DNA of 64,000 nucleotides from assembly GCA_024704765.1 (NCBI GenBank), contig JAKMXF010000319.1, positions 186,001-250,000 of the forward strand, read 5' to 3'. Under the pieces are notes generated by a model. It was not told where the DNA came from and made no database searches. It saw only the letters and a program-made list of their open reading frames with translations. Below are positions 26,188-39,863 of this stretch, piece after piece. The translations under genes were made by a program, and so were the position numbers. The stretch comes from Oopsacas minuta. Its lineage: Eukaryota > Animalia > Porifera. Position 1 is the first letter of the stretch; the number at the start of each line of letters is the position of its first letter.

Positions 26188-27567
26188 TTATAGGAGTGTT
26201 GGTATTAGATGTAATCTAAATAGGATATTATCGTTTTGAAAGGCGGGATGCCAAAAGGATCTTTCGAAAGTTGCAATACTTATGTAATCCCCTGTAATGA
26301 CAATATCTATTTTTCCTTTCTTTACCATTGACCTATTTTCATAATTTGTGTTGATAAATTGAACTTTATAATAACAGAATTGATTTTTCTGTGGAATAGC
26401 TATATCTGTCAAACACCTTATTCTTATAAGAATTTCATTGGTTAAAATACTATACTTACATGTAGCTTGACATTGTAGACAATTATCGTATAATTGGAAT
26501 ATAGGACTTTCGATCTTTTGATCTTTATTCATATGATACCAAAAATCAGTTATATCCCAGTCAAATTTATCGAAGAATTCTATATTTTCCGAAGGAAATT
26601 CTTGATTCGTCATCAGTAGGTTCATAAATGTTCTTATGAATCTATTTTCAACATTTTGCTTTTCTACAAATATTTGTAAATCTTTGTTGTTTGTCGTGAT
26701 TTCCTTCTCAAGATTGTCAATTTTTTCCTTTTGTTCACTGCATACATTCTCAAGATTGACAATTTTTTCCTTCTGTTCATCGCATACTTTCTCTAAATGA
26801 TTCGCTCTCCCTTTGATCTCAGCCGTTTTGATAATCAGCTGTTTATTCGATAGTTTAATTTGTTGATACAAACATTGCTGATGTGACACAACATATTCTT
26901 GTTGATGTGTTTGTACATCTCTTTTTGCTATAGAATTGGTCTTACATCCAAATTCATGATATAGACAAGGTTCCTTCTTCATTTCGCAGTGTATTTCTGT
27001 GTGTTCATTCATGTTATCTCTTCTTACTCTCTCCATACATCCTTGTGGACAATCCAATATATATGCTGGACATTTTGTTAAGTGATTATTCACATTCTTA
27101 GCTAAACACAAATCCTTACAGAACTCACATGGTAGTTTCCTCATAGGACAACTCTTTGCATTGTGCTCTATCAAACCGTATTGAGTTAGTATAGTGCTAC
27201 ATTCCTGATTACAGAGTATTAAGAGGTGATCACATTGTAGAACGTGTTGCTCCACGTGTCGTAATTCTCCCTTCCATTCACAACTCCGATAATTCAATGG
27301 ACAGATGACATTCAGTCCATTAACTGACTCTCTGACGTCATCATTAGGTTCATGTGGTTTCCCTGCTGTACATAATGTGCAGATAGTTTTACCTTCACAA
27401 AAGACAGCTTCTCTGGCTATTCCATGACATTCAGTGCAAATGAGAAATTTATTTTCTAGTTTAGTAAGTTTTAGTGTTAGAATATCTTGCTTGTAACCTC
27501 TGTACCCACCAATGTGTATGTATAATAGATTATCTGGTGAATCTGGTTCTGTTTGAATTGTAGCCAT
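26188..27567 (-). CDS. TRAF-like protein copy 2, 459 aa
   Basis: Paralog of copy 1 with the same domain order; intronless. Confidence 0.85.
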   Translation of the reverse strand: MATIQTEPDSPDNLLYIHIGGYRGYKQDILTLKLTKLENKFLICTECHGIAREAVFCEGKTICTLCTAGKPHEPNDDVRESVNGLNVICPLNYRSCEWKGELRHVEQHVLQCDHLLILCNQECSTILTQYGLIEHNAKSCPMRKLPCEFCKDLCLAKNVNNHLTKCPAYILDCPQGCMERVRRDNMNEHTEIHCEMKKEPCLYHEFGCKTNSIAKRDVQTHQQEYVVSHQQCLYQQIKLSNKQLIIKTAEIKGRANHLEKVCDEQKEKIVNLENVCSEQKEKIDNLEKEITTNNKDLQIFVEKQNVENRFIRTFMNLLMTNQEFPSENIEFFDKFDWDITDFWYHMNKDQKIESPIFQLYDNCLQCQATCKYSILTNEILIRIRCLTDIAIPQKNQFCYYKVQFINTNYENRSMVKKGKIDIVITGDYISIATFERSFWHPAFQNDNILFRLHLIPTLL

Positions 27568-28551
27568 TCATTTAAGATTATTTAACATTAAATATTCAAA
27601 GTCTTAATATTATGAATATTATGATTATATAGTGTATCTGATGATATTCTTATGGTTAACATATCTAATTACTGTGCCGACTACTTTTCAATGAATTGAG
27701 CAAGCATTGTTGATGCTTGTTAGAAACTTATTGCATATATTATAGTTAATACGATATAGCATACAACTCATTCATTCTTTCTTTATCTAAAGACATTTTT
27801 TGCACTGGACAGAATTGTTAACAATGCTGGAATATTATACAAATCACTCTGAACCATGTTGAGCTATACAAGGATTATTACTGTGTCGACTAAACTTTAG
27901 TTTAAACTTCAGTATTTATCTCAGTAGTCCATTATTCGTGTACTTTAGAAATGCATGCCCTTTATGCCAGCAATGCAGAGCTACTTTAGCCTAATTAGTG
28001 TAATTTTTGTTTGCTTGATTAACTTATACACTAATCACGTGTAATGGCTTGAATTCACAAGTGTTGCACTATATCAAAAGTAAAGTAGTATATGTAATTT
28101 ATCAAGGTATATACTCTAACTCTGAAGCTACTTCTGATTAACGGAAAATCATTGATACTTAGCCACCTCATGGTCTCTCAAAAGAGTGTCCCTAAAACCC
28201 GAAATTTAGTATACTAGACAATAAGTGGAGTCTCTGCAGCCTTATTTTAGACTTTACTTACTATGAAATTTCGCCTCAAAATATTGATCTATATTCTATA
28301 GGATATTTAACTGATTTCCTCACATTATCTCCTCTACCCTCTCATTGTTAGTTGTACCCCACAGGAATTTAGCTACACATCTGGTTATGTGTAGTTATAT
28401 TCTACTACAGTTTATAATTATGAAATAACATTCAATTCTACTAATATCTGTAATGTTATACATCATTACGCAATAAATACAAATATCCAATGTATTATCA
28501 GTAAGCAGTATAATAGTGCTATAAAATACAAATATATCAATATACTAATGT

Positions 28552-29073
28552 TTATAGGAGTGTTGGTATACATTGTACTCTAATTCAGATATCACCGTTT
28601 TAATGATGGGATGGAAATTCGTAATCCTTAAATTTGCAATATCTATGTAATCTCCTGTAATGACACTATCTATTTTTCCTTTCTGTACAATTGACTTATT
28701 TGTATCATTTCTGTTGATAAGTTGAACTTTATAATAACAATTGATTTATCTGTGGAATAGCTTTATCTGTCAAATACCTTATACTTTGTGTATTCTATTG
28801 AATACACTGCCAAGCGTAGGATATATAGCTTGACATTGTAGATTATTATCGTATAATTGGAATATAGGACTTTCCATCTTTTGATCTTTATTGTAACGAT
28901 CCAAAAAATTAGTTATTTCCCAGTCAAATTTATCGAAGAATTCGATATTTTACGATGTAAATTCTTGATTCATCAGCATTTTCATGATTGTTCTTATATA
29001 TCTATTTTCAACATTTTGCTTTTCTACAATCAATTAACTGACTCTCTGACGTCATCATTAGGTATTCTTGTAA
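28552..29073 (-). pseudogene. TRAF-like copy 3, internally deleted pseudogene
   Basis: A MATH-like 3' part with an in-frame TAA (FTS*NIEFF) and two frameshifts is joined directly to ACTGACTCTCTGACGTCATCATTAGG, which lies ~650 nt further 5' in copy 2. The start region is missing. Confidence 0.85.
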
Positions 29074-29657
29074 ATATGCCTGTGAGTTGGCTGGAAGTTT
29101 GCTGCGCTTGAATTTCCTAAAAAGTTATCAGATACACCTAATACAACCTGTTGAAATAGAATGTTCTCCTTTTGTAAATATGTACGCACTAGCTCAAAAA
29201 TCTTACAAATACTTGAATCTAATTCTAGGAAAGGACAAAAGGAATTAATGAGATAAGTGCGAATTCCTTGCTAATATATCCGTACAGGATCAACGTGAAT
29301 TCGTCAGTTGCAAGTATTATATCCTGTAGTGGAACTCAGGGTTATATTCCGCCAATTCTATTCCTGCCAATATTTAACTGCTCTTAATGGGACAGGATAG
29401 CATTAGCGATAATTAACAATAAAAATATGTAATGGTAGCTTGTTATCACTTCTAACCAAATTATTTTTACCAGAGTAGATCACAAATAGAGTATCGCAAT
29501 TATGTGTTTGGGTAATTTTCATATCTAACATTCATTTCGAGCATTATTTCCTTACCTATCATCCATCCATTTGATCCAATGGATTCACAGATTCGTGGCT
29601 ACAGGATATCACGTGGCACAACACAAAAATTCGCCTTCTCATATTGTCTATAGCTTT

Positions 29658-30104
29658 TAATTATTGTTATAATTGAACTTGTTGTCAAAGTATGTTCAAT
29701 TCCAAAATGCAATTGCTGTTGTCCACAATCGCCAATTTGATCAGAATTAGATCATTTAACTATCTTAGAGATATGATGGTTAGGCCTCAATATCACAAGA
29801 TCAGTAATTATATACATAGATTGTATTATCATTAAAATACATAATTAGAATTTACATATGTTAGATTTCTTTAGCACTTTTATAATAAAATATTTTAAAG
29901 ATTTTTGCTGATTCTTTCCAAATAATTCTCATTGTTTTGATATTGATTTCAAGGGTAATATAAGTATGGCAGGAATGGTGGGAACAAAAATTGGGGATAT
30001 TTCACCCTAGCGCCCCTAGATTCGTGGCACTAGGGTGAGAAGTCCTCCTTTAGTACATGTTCTCGTTTATCCCGGATTCCCAGTCCTACAGCTTAAACAT
30101 CGAA
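29658..30104 (+). repeat. ~447 bp direct repeat, copy 1 (partner 34681-35128)
   Basis: Near-identical from TAATTATTGTTATAATTGAAC to CTTAAACATCGAA; contains the hairpin TCACCCTAG..CTAGGGTGA. Confidence 0.9.
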
Positions 30105-30540
30105 GTTCGCTATATACTTCGTATTTCTTATTCATTTATGATACCAGGGGAACTGAACTTTCCCACAACTCGAACGGTCCAGGGAGGGCTCACTCATATA
30201 TTCTATATTAGCCCTATTAGGCTGTAACGAATCAAAGGGGAGGGGCCTCAATTTTACATAAATTTAATACTGGTGCATTGCGGCATCTACATGGTGGGGT
30301 CAGGGGGCACGTGTCCCCTTGAAGAGAACAAATACATAACCCTGAGCTGCACTACCAGTCTGTCGGCTGGACATTTTCAAAAAGTTGTACAAACGATGAA
30401 ACGCTGCCAACATGTGTAATATAGTATTATGTATTCGTCTACAGTGGAATTTGATATTAATTATTTTGAACATTTCAGAACACTTTCCAAAAGTTGTATA
30501 ACCTTTCGGACCTGTTCGCATTAGCGAGGGCCTAGTGTAC

Positions 30541-31413
30541 TTTGAAAGGGGTAGAAATATTATAATAACAAAATAGGAAGAACGTCTGCTATAATGAAAG
30601 TATGTCCAGAAGAAAATTCTCTGTGCACAACAAACATAATTGCCATCAGTGCATAGATACTGTATGGCATAATTGTGAGTATTCTGTATTACAGTGTAGA
30701 TAGTGCTCATAGACTATTAATAGATTGCCATAGAGATGTGAGAAATAGCCTGGAAATAGATGCTGTTATCATCAGCCACTTCAGCTTACAATAATTATAA
30801 CTAGAATACACACAATTGATCCAATAATCAAGAATATTGGATAGAAGAGAGATGCTACTTTAGGATCCATTGCTTGTTGATTCTCTACAATATGAGAAGA
30901 ATATGCTACCATAGCTTCATGACCTCCTAACTCTTTCAGAGAGGCTAATACAGACAATATGATAATAGGTTTCAATACTTTCCAGTCTTTTAAAGCTCTG
31001 AATCTTTCACTCCAACTAATTTTACTACTCAGTGTCTTCCCCTTAATCTTCTGTATTTCAGTATCTGCATCTAACTCACTACCATGTAAATACAAGAGAG
31101 TTGATTTAGCTTTATCATCCAAACCTTGTTGTACATACCATACAGGTGAAAGAGGATTTATTATAATCAAGAGACAATACATACATACTTGAAATAATCC
31201 AAACACTGTAAACCATCTGAAAGACTGCCAAATTCCTGCGAAATATACTATGAACAATCCTATTCTAATGCTGAATCCGAATCCTCCACTCATAACCTTT
31301 CTCTGATTATCCAAACTTACCTCAGGAATATAGGTAATTCCGACAATCACAGCAATCCCTGTATGATACCCTACTAGTGCGACACCTATCATCACATACA
31401 CAGCTGAATTTGC
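30541..31413 (-). pseudogene. 5'-truncated, frameshifted MFS sugar transporter paralog
   Basis: Aligns to 31782-33098 from ANSA.YV.IG onward. Frameshifts and stops follow ILVII (~30790), and there is an internal deletion near 30640. Confidence 0.85.
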
Positions 31414-31781
31414 ATGACAAGCCCTGTCAGAGGAAATAAACAAAGTTTGGGTACTAAAAGGAGATGCCCCTCGACTGAATTCAAGGCAAGACTTCAAAGA
31501 CCAGAAGTTTCTATATTCAATTCATTCGATACAAAAGATCCAGTTGCCCAGATTATAGCCCCAAAGGAAAAAGAATCACTGAAGAAATTTGAGGAAGAGA
31601 AGACCTAAATCACGATAAAGAGCCCACTAAATGAGGCCCCACTTTGAGAAGTTCCAATCTATCACCTTATACCATACCCTATAGCTTTTAGAGGTCAAAT
31701 ATATATGTATTTGATTATCAGCATAAATAAGGGATACAAAAGTTGTCTGAACAATTATGGAAATTGATAAAACAACAGGTA

Positions 31782-33098
31782 TTATATATTGAAGAAGAAA
31801 TATACCAATACAATAGCTATTAAGTAATTACAAGAGAATATTAGAAAAGTTGCAAATCCACCAATATTGTGAAGTAAATAGAAAAATATCATAACAACTA
31901 TGTATGCAGAAATGTGGGCGATCATGTCTGTTATAGCAGTAAAGAGTTCACTGTGCATAGTAAACATTATGCCAACCAACGCGAAGTACACAAGTCCCCA
32001 TCCAATTCCAAATGAAAATGAAAACAGAGCTATGTTAAATATGGGCCAAAATGCTAGTGTGTGATATAATTGTGAGTATTCTGTATTACAGTGTAGATAG
32101 TGCTCAGAAACTAAATAATAGATTGCCATAGAGATGTAAGAAATAGCCTGGAAAATAGATGCTGTTATCATCAGCCATTTCAACCTACAATAATTCATAA
32201 TTAGAATACACATGATTGCCCCAATAATCAAGAATATTGGATAGAAGAGAGATGCTACTTTAGGATCCATTGCTTGTTGATTCTCTAAAATATGAGAAGA
32301 GAATGCTACCATAGCTCCATGACCTCCTAACTCTTTCAGTGAGGCAATTACAGCCATCAAAATCATTGGTTTTAATACTTTCCATTCCTTTAAGGTCCTG
32401 AAACTTTCAATCCAACTAATTTTACTACTCAGTGTCTTCCCCTTAATCTTCTGTATTTCAGTATCTGCATCAAACTCACTACCATGTAAATACAAGAGAG
32501 TTGATTTAGCTTTATCATCCAAACCTTGTTGCACATACCATACAGGTGAAAGAGGATTGAATAAAATCAAAAGACAAAATAGACATGCTTGAATTAAACC
32601 AAATACTGCTAACCATCTGAAAGGCAGCCAAATTCCTGCGAAATATGCTATGAACAAACCTAATCTAATGCAGAATCCGATTCCCCCACTCATGACCTTT
32701 CTCTGATTATCCAAAGTTACTTCTGCAATATATGCAAATACGAATATCACAGCAATCCCTGAATAATACCCCACTAGAGCGACACCTATAATTACGTATG
32801 CAGCTGAATTTGCTATAACTATCAACACATACCCTGCAATACCAAGTACACTACTTATTACGACTTGCAATTTTAGATTGAAACCAAGTTGAACTAGAAG
32901 AGGTGCAGAACTCAAACCTAATATACATGTGATATATGATATTGAAGCGAATATTGGTAAAGTTTGATAATCTAGAATATTTTCATCGATTAGTTGTTTT
33001 TGAGTTGGAGAAGGAAATCCTACAATAAATATAGTAGATATTGCTCCTATGTAACTTGAAAAAACTGCAATATATGTAGGCAAATTGCTTAGATTCAT
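31782..33098 (-). CDS. MFS sugar-porter (SLC2A6/8, Tret1-like) transporter, intronless, 438 aa
   Basis: 12 hydrophobic segments, GFPSPT, YIAEV...R..MSG, PLSPVWY (PESPR-like), A...L..L.G, KP..L, and FSFGIGWG. Confidence 0.85.
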   Translation of the reverse strand: MNLSNLPTYIAVFSSYIGAISTIFIVGFPSPTQKQLIDENILDYQTLPIFASISYITCILGLSSAPLLVQLGFNLKLQVVISSVLGIAGYVLIVIANSAAYVIIGVALVGYYSGIAVIFVFAYIAEVTLDNQRKVMSGGIGFCIRLGLFIAYFAGIWLPFRWLAVFGLIQACLFCLLILFNPLSPVWYVQQGLDDKAKSTLLYLHGSEFDADTEIQKIKGKTLSSKISWIESFRTLKEWKVLKPMILMAVIASLKELGGHGAMVAFSSHILENQQAMDPKVASLFYPIFLIIGAIMCILIMNYCRLKWLMITASIFQAISYISMAIYYLVSEHYLHCNTEYSQLYHTLAFWPIFNIALFSFSFGIGWGLVYFALVGIMFTMHSELFTAITDMIAHISAYIVVMIFFYLLHNIGGFATFLIFSCNYLIAIVLVYFFFNI

Positions 33099-34680
33099 TT
33101 TCTCCCGCTCGATAGTATATATTGAAATTCTCTATTAATGCCCATAATTATACTTTTGATATTATGTACCTGAATTTTTTTCTACCTACAAATCCTTTTT
33201 TTAGTGTTTCACACAAGATTATTTATGCTCAGGATTCGGGTTGAGTAATATGTTTTCATATTCTGTATCATACATTAATCTTTACGAGCCGCTTCGTTTG
33301 CTCGCACTGCGTGGCTCGTGAACACTTTGTGTTCGCATGGGACTCGGCATTTCGTGCCTTGAATTCGAAAACTATAAATTGCAAAATTGAATTATAAATA
33401 AGTATTTAAACAATTTGTTTACTTTATATTCATACATATAGACAACAATAATTTACATATGATTAATTCCAGTGTGAAAATCGGAATCAGCAGACTCCAT
33501 TATCCAAATGTAATTGTTTACTTTTCCTATATCGTCAACAGAAGGACATGTTATTCCCTATAGTATATACGCAGATCATCTTCCCCTATTATTATAATAC
33601 AAAGTGGACAAACAAACACATAATAATTGTGTTTTAATCATATAGATATGTAGTAGAATCTGTTTTTCTGCATCTAAATAGAGAAAGTGTATCATTTAAT
33701 GGATAATTAAGCGTGTTATATGACGCGTTTTTAGGGAAACACTGTATTGTTATCTACTGCAATGTTAGCTTTCAGCAAATAATCATTACTCATTGCATCT
33801 TTTCGTTTATACTTATCTGCGATATATACTTTGTAGTGAAAGTATTCAGAACTTGTAAATTCGCTACACAAATCATTACTCATGGACGCATATCAAACGG
33901 TTGGACAAATTGCCACAAAGATAGGTGCATTATACTACTAGCAATAACTATAATTGTCAAATCAATAATCAGCTCTGATATGTCATGTGTACGAGGACAA
34001 ATCGGAATATTTTTGCATTAATTTTTCAATAGGATCACTACTATTAGTAACAGCAGTTACATTCTCCAGAGTTTAGAGAATATTCAAAATGGTAAATATG
34101 GTGTACTTACAAGTGATACTTTTGTCCTCAACAACCATTGCTATGATCATATAATTAACTGCTTCTTATATCATTTTAGTGGTTAACTTTCTGTGGGATG
34201 AATTTTTCTAGTATTTTTGATTGATTATTCTGGCAATCATAGGCAAGTATTTCCAGGTTAACCAGTATATACTGCCAAGAATTTGTGGAATTCCAGTTGC
34301 GGATCGAAATATTGAATATTTAGGTTTCAATATGTTGTCGGTAGTAATTGGTTAGGTAGAGTCCGAATTTGAGATTTTCCTTTAAGTAACAAATTCCCAG
34401 ATTTATCATAGGAATCATAACAGATTACACCTTTTGCAACATATTTCAAAAAGATGCTAGTGAAAATAGTATACGTTAACAACACTAGAATTTCAACTAT
34501 TTGACAATCATATTCTATTTATCAGTTAAATTTAAGAGTGGTTTTATATAGAATATTTTCGGAGTGGGTGATTTTACATATTCGTGATTATGGTTGTACG
34601 CGAGATCCTAATATACACCGAAGTGGTACGCGGTGGTAAAAGTTTGAGGACCGCTGCACTTGCGATTAAGAGATTTATAA

Positions 34681-35128
34681 TAATTATTGTTATAATTGAA
34701 CTTGTTGTCAAAGTATATTCAATTCCAAAATGCAATTGCTGTTGTCCACAATCGCCAATTTGATCAGAATTATATCATTTAACTATCTTAGAGATATGAT
34801 GGTTAGGCCTCAATATCACAAGATCAGTAATTATATACATAGATTGTATTATCATTAAAATACATAATTAGAATTTATATATGTTAGATTTCTTTAGCAC
34901 TTTTATAATAAAATATTTTAATGATTTTTGCTGATTCTTTCCAAATAATTCTCATTGTTTTGATATTGATTTCAAGGGTAATATAAGTATGGCAGGAATG
35001 GTGGGAACAAAAATTGGGGATATTTCACCCTAGCGCCCCTAGACTCGTGGCACTAGGGTGAGAAGTCCTCCTTTAGTACATGTTCTCGTTCATCCTCCGA
35101 TTCCCAGTCCTACAGCTTAAACATCGAA
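34681..35128 (+). repeat. ~448 bp direct repeat, copy 2 (partner 29658-30104)
   Basis: Direct sequence match to 29658-30104. Confidence 0.9.
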
Positions 35129-36396
35129 ATCATACTGTTCTCCGAAAATGAGTATTGGATGAGCAGTGGTTAATGATGTGATTTTTCGAAAATCCAAAGG
35201 TGATATTGACGTAATAATTTCGTCATAGGTGTGAATTTTCTTCCAAGACTCGAACATGTCCGATCCAGCATAAAATACCCAGTATGCCAAAAATCAGCCC
35301 TGGGGGTTCTCCAATTTCTTCAATCAATTGCCGACATTTGATCATATACGTATATACATACAGGTTAATTTTCGTTTTAATAGTATCGATAAATGCTATA
35401 ATTATCCCTAAAAGCTATTCGTATTTCAGGGCTCTATTTAACATCTGCACTTACATCATGATAATTTACTGAACATAGATTAGGTAGAGTAGAGTAGAAA
35501 ACAAATAGCATTCATCCAAATCGGTAGTTATTGAGTAATTACCAGAATGCGTCCTGAACATAACAATTTGAATGGAGTAGGATTACGATAATCTTGTATG
35601 TAACATAGTATAGTTTGAGTAACAACGGATTATGCATAGAGATTATTTGGATAGAGTTACATATAGACTTGGGCCTGACTGTATATAGTGCTGATTTGTA
35701 TAATATGCATAATTCTACTCACTTTTTTGAAAATATATTATTTATCATTGATTACGACTGCCACTTGTAACAAAAAACACACCTACACATGTATCCATTT
35801 TGGGGAATCATCAGACTTCGAATATCGTTTATCGTTCCAAAACGCGCTTATTTCCCTAGCTAAATTCATGAAGCAAGTTTTGGCAACGATATTTCGGTTA
35901 TCAAAACTCTCGAGGATATCGTAAATTCCGATAACTAATTGAAAATATACTGGATATCAGGATTTCCTCAAGAATACAGCGAAAGAAACATCGGAAATAT
36001 CAGAATTTTCAATTATTGATTTCCTAATTTCACCGATTTTCCGATATATTTCGATATTTTCCAATATTTTTGATATTCCAATATTTTCCTTTTAGAAATA
36101 TAAAACTGATATTTGCCAAAACATTGCATAGCGTATTAACCGGATATAATATTAAATTATCCAAAACCTTCATATTCGTACTTTTACAGTGGAAACCGCG
36201 CTATTAGCAAATCGCATTTTGCATGATTTTCTTTGCTGATACGCGAGTTTTGTATCATGCACAGTAATTACCATAACTGCACTCTGTCCATGATGGAAGT
36301 TTCAAATCTGCGGTTTCCACTCTATTTTGTTCATTTCAATCCAAATGTAAATCAATTTTCATTTGATTTTCCAATCACTTCTTGCCCGTATTTTAG

Positions 36397-39300
36397 ATGA
36401 GTCGTAGAAATGGGTTCCATAAACCCTCTCAGCAAATCTCTCCAATCGACATACAATATGATTTCATGGATATGGTAGGAAAGGGTACGTATGGAACTGC
36501 ATGGATTGCAAAAAGTCGTATCGATGGACAATTAGTTATTATCAAAGCTATTAAGAAAGTCAATACTTCAAGATCTGTTTTCAAGAAGGAATACAAGTAC
36601 TCTCTCAGTCTTTCTCTACATCCTTATATCATTGAAACCTTTAGAAATGCATATGAAACACCCAAAAGTTTTGTAATGGTACAAGAATTTGCACCTCATG
36701 GTGATCTATTCGATGCAATCGTACCTGAACAGGGCATGGCTGAAAATGAGGCTAAGCATGCTATTAGGCAAATTTCTGAGGCTCTAAAATTCATGCATTC
36801 AAAACGTCTAGTTCATCGGGATGTTAAACCAGAAAACATCGTGATTATGAATCAATCGAAAAGAGAAATAAAATTAATTGATTTTGGGATGACCCTAAGG
36901 GCTGGGACACATGTTGCAAGGGTGTGTGGTAGTATTCCGTATACTCCTCCTGAAATATGCCAAGCCAGTTTAGTTGACGGTTTCTATGTAAATACAGGCA
37001 ACGATGTATGGTCTCTTGGAGTTTTATTGTTTTGTATGTTGACAGGTAAGAAAATTTATTATTAGTCATTTTTGCTAACGCAACGTTACATATAAGGTAT
37101 TAACTGCGAGGATTATCTGAATTAAATTACAGTTAACGAATTTCCTGATTAAACGAACAAATATTTGCACAAAACAGGTCCCTATAATGGTTATTCTATT
37201 GACATTACTCCAGATAAAGCGAACAAAATTTGACCATAAGTTGATGTTTGAATTAAAGGTTTGCAAATCGTTTTGCTGCAAGTTAAAGTGTTGATGACTG
37301 CATACAGAGAGTTTAAAGTTACTGTACTGCCAAAAGTGGCCGTTAAGCAGGTTCCACTGTGCCTGTACGTATTAGTTCTAATGTGTATATATATCGTCCT
37401 GAAAATTATACAAATTTTTATCGTTGCTTTTCTTATACTAGGAACATTTCCTTGGGAGCAGGCTAGTCCCAATGATATCCACTATAAAGACTTTATCGAT
37501 TGGCAATTGTCTCTATCCCCAGATGTTGCGATTTTATGGAGGAAATTCACACCAGAAGCCTTAGCACTTTTTCAAAAGATGCTCAACTTAGATATTCGGA
37601 AAAGATGTAAGGTTTCAGAGTTGCAGAATTATTTACAATATCCTTGGTTGGAAACAAATCTTATATTGTTAGACACTTGTTCTGAGGTATCCAGCCTTTG
37701 TAGAACACCAAACCCTGATCATTTAGGTGAGTTTATGTGAATATATTTATACGTATTTCTTGTTGTTGATCATATCTAACTCATCATTATTATTTGATAA
37801 TCCAAATTTGAACATTGCAATTTTGGTTTACAGTTGTGAGCTAATTGATTATCAACTCGTATGGGGTATAGCGATGCCTTTATCCGAAAGTTGATGTGAA
37901 AAGTCATTCCGTCCTTACGCACAACGGTTCGACTCTACAAGTACATGTTCATAGTTCATTCATCACGAAATTGTCTACACTGTACACTAGCATACCTGCT
38001 AACCTTTATCACTGACACATCAATACCTGGACGGAGCCCAAATAGCAAATAATTTAAACGGGCCAAAGTGGCTCATACAGTATTGAGGAAGGGCTCACAC
38101 ATATATTTGTATTAGATATATGGGGTTGTAAGTTATTATGAATCCAGGAGGGCTCAAGCCATCCGTTCCCTAGGGTTCGACGCCTATGATTGTATGTATC
38201 CATCAGAGAGAGAGGGAACCGGTCGGATCAGGTATCGGTCGAAATCTTGACCAGCCGGTCGAGTTTTGACTGGCTGATTTTGTATAACCGCTGAATGAGT
38301 TACAAGTCAAATTGTGTTACAATAGTTGGTATTGTTTAGCACTGTTTAATAATTATTGTTAGTAGACATTGACTGGTCGGGTCATGGAAAAGCTGATCGG
38401 TTCTATCTCTGGTATCCATGTCATCCACTAATATAATTGAAGATTGTAAAATTACGTGTCCAGCAATCCCTAGAATCATAAAAATATGCAACTATAAGTC
38501 TATAATGTAGAACCGAGTCAATACAGTATTCTGCTTGATTATTTGTGTCATGATTGAAGATGAATTCCAAATGTTAGCAAAGATTATTCTAACTTTATTA
38601 CCTAAAGCAGAGTTCTCGAAAATTTGACCCTCCTCACTGTCTTATGTTTTTAAATACAAAAAGAATGAGGCTGTCATGTAGGGTGGCCAGCATGTTTAGG
38701 TCTAAATCCTGTACATTGGAGCATTTCCACACAAATTTCCTGGCTTTTCTGGACATAATTTTCAAAATCTTGGACAAGTATATGTATAAAAATATAAATG
38801 GATGTTTCATTTTGTAATAGAAATAGCGTGAAACCTCATTTGACATTATTACAGCTGATATTTATAGCCAGTTTAATATCCTTCTATTCAAAATAATGAT
38901 CTCGAGAATTCTGGACGCATAGGAATTTTGGCAAAAATACAGGATATATCCTAATGCAATGGTCACCATACTGTCATGTTACATTTCATAACACCTGGTG
39001 ATGATTAGTTAAGTTTAGACGTCTCATATTTAATTGTGTTCTGTTTGTGTAATTTAATGATTTAATTGGATACTATGGGTCATGCATACGTATCAACTTT
39101 TTTTAACAATTTTCATGGATATTTACCTCCAAATCCCGCCGTTTTCAAATTTTCCCTGGATTTCTAATTTTGTATCCAAATAATATTAATTTCTTCACTA
39201 TTTTGTTATATAATAGAGAGAAATATTCAATCTTTTCTCTGAATATCATGTCAAATCCCGGGAATTTGGCAAATATAGTTAAATTATTGGTTATGGGTCA

Positions 39301-39863
39301 CGTTGAGTGAGCCATTTGCAGCTCTGATTGATATACTTGCTCCTCAATATTCATTCTTAATCCCTCTATCCCTTCTAGTTGATGATTCTGACCCAGGTTT
39401 AGATATTGATGCTGTTAAGACGCTATTTTTGGATGATTGTTCTAAAGAATATAACCAATTCAATCAGGAAACTTTTTCTGATAACATCACGATGAAAAAT
39501 GATCTCTCTCATTCTGTAGACTATAATGAAGATCAATATTTCCCAATTCAATCAGAAGACACAGTTCCACATTCAGATCATATGTCTGAAAGCTATGTAA
39601 TTACAAATGAATCAAAAAATGACTCTGATGATAAAATGCTCTATCCATCCTCAATATATGAGAATTCAAAACTTGGTGATATAACAATTCACACATCAAA
39701 TTTCAATAATACCTATGCTAATGTTTCTCCTCGTCATAGTCACCATTTTTCGGATGGATTTCTCCTCCCAGAAACTGATAAAAATATTCTCTATTCGGAT
39801 AGCAAGGCATATGCATCTCACGCAAGAGGAAATAGCGTTTCGTATAACGTTAGTATTTGCTAG
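36397..39863 (+). CDS. SBK1: Ser/Thr kinase, SBK1/PKDC-like, 3 exons, 472 aa
   Basis: Exons 36397-37045, 37442-37726 and 39379-39863 (1419 nt = 473 codons), all phase-1 GT-AG. Motifs GKGTYG, IIKAI, QEFAPHGDLF, HRDVKPEN, DFG, GSIPYTPPE, DVWSLG and G.FPWE.A. Exon 3 assignment is less certain than exons 1-2. Confidence 0.85.

Larger units (their letters stand above)
23565..29073. repeat. Tandem duplication, ~2.35 kb unit, 2 full copies plus 1 deleted copy, carrying TRAF-like genes
   Basis: Non-coding blocks recur at ~2.35 kb spacing (GTACCCCACAG at ~23625, ~26000 and ~28350). Upstream regions 25220-25980 and 27570-28330 are closely similar. Confidence 0.9.

Noticed and set aside
33440-34400. 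Minus-strand stretch faintly resembling an ionotropic glutamate receptor pre-M1 segment (LWQFVQPFD)
   Set aside because: The frame has many stops, no second motif supports it, and another frame looks equally protein-like.
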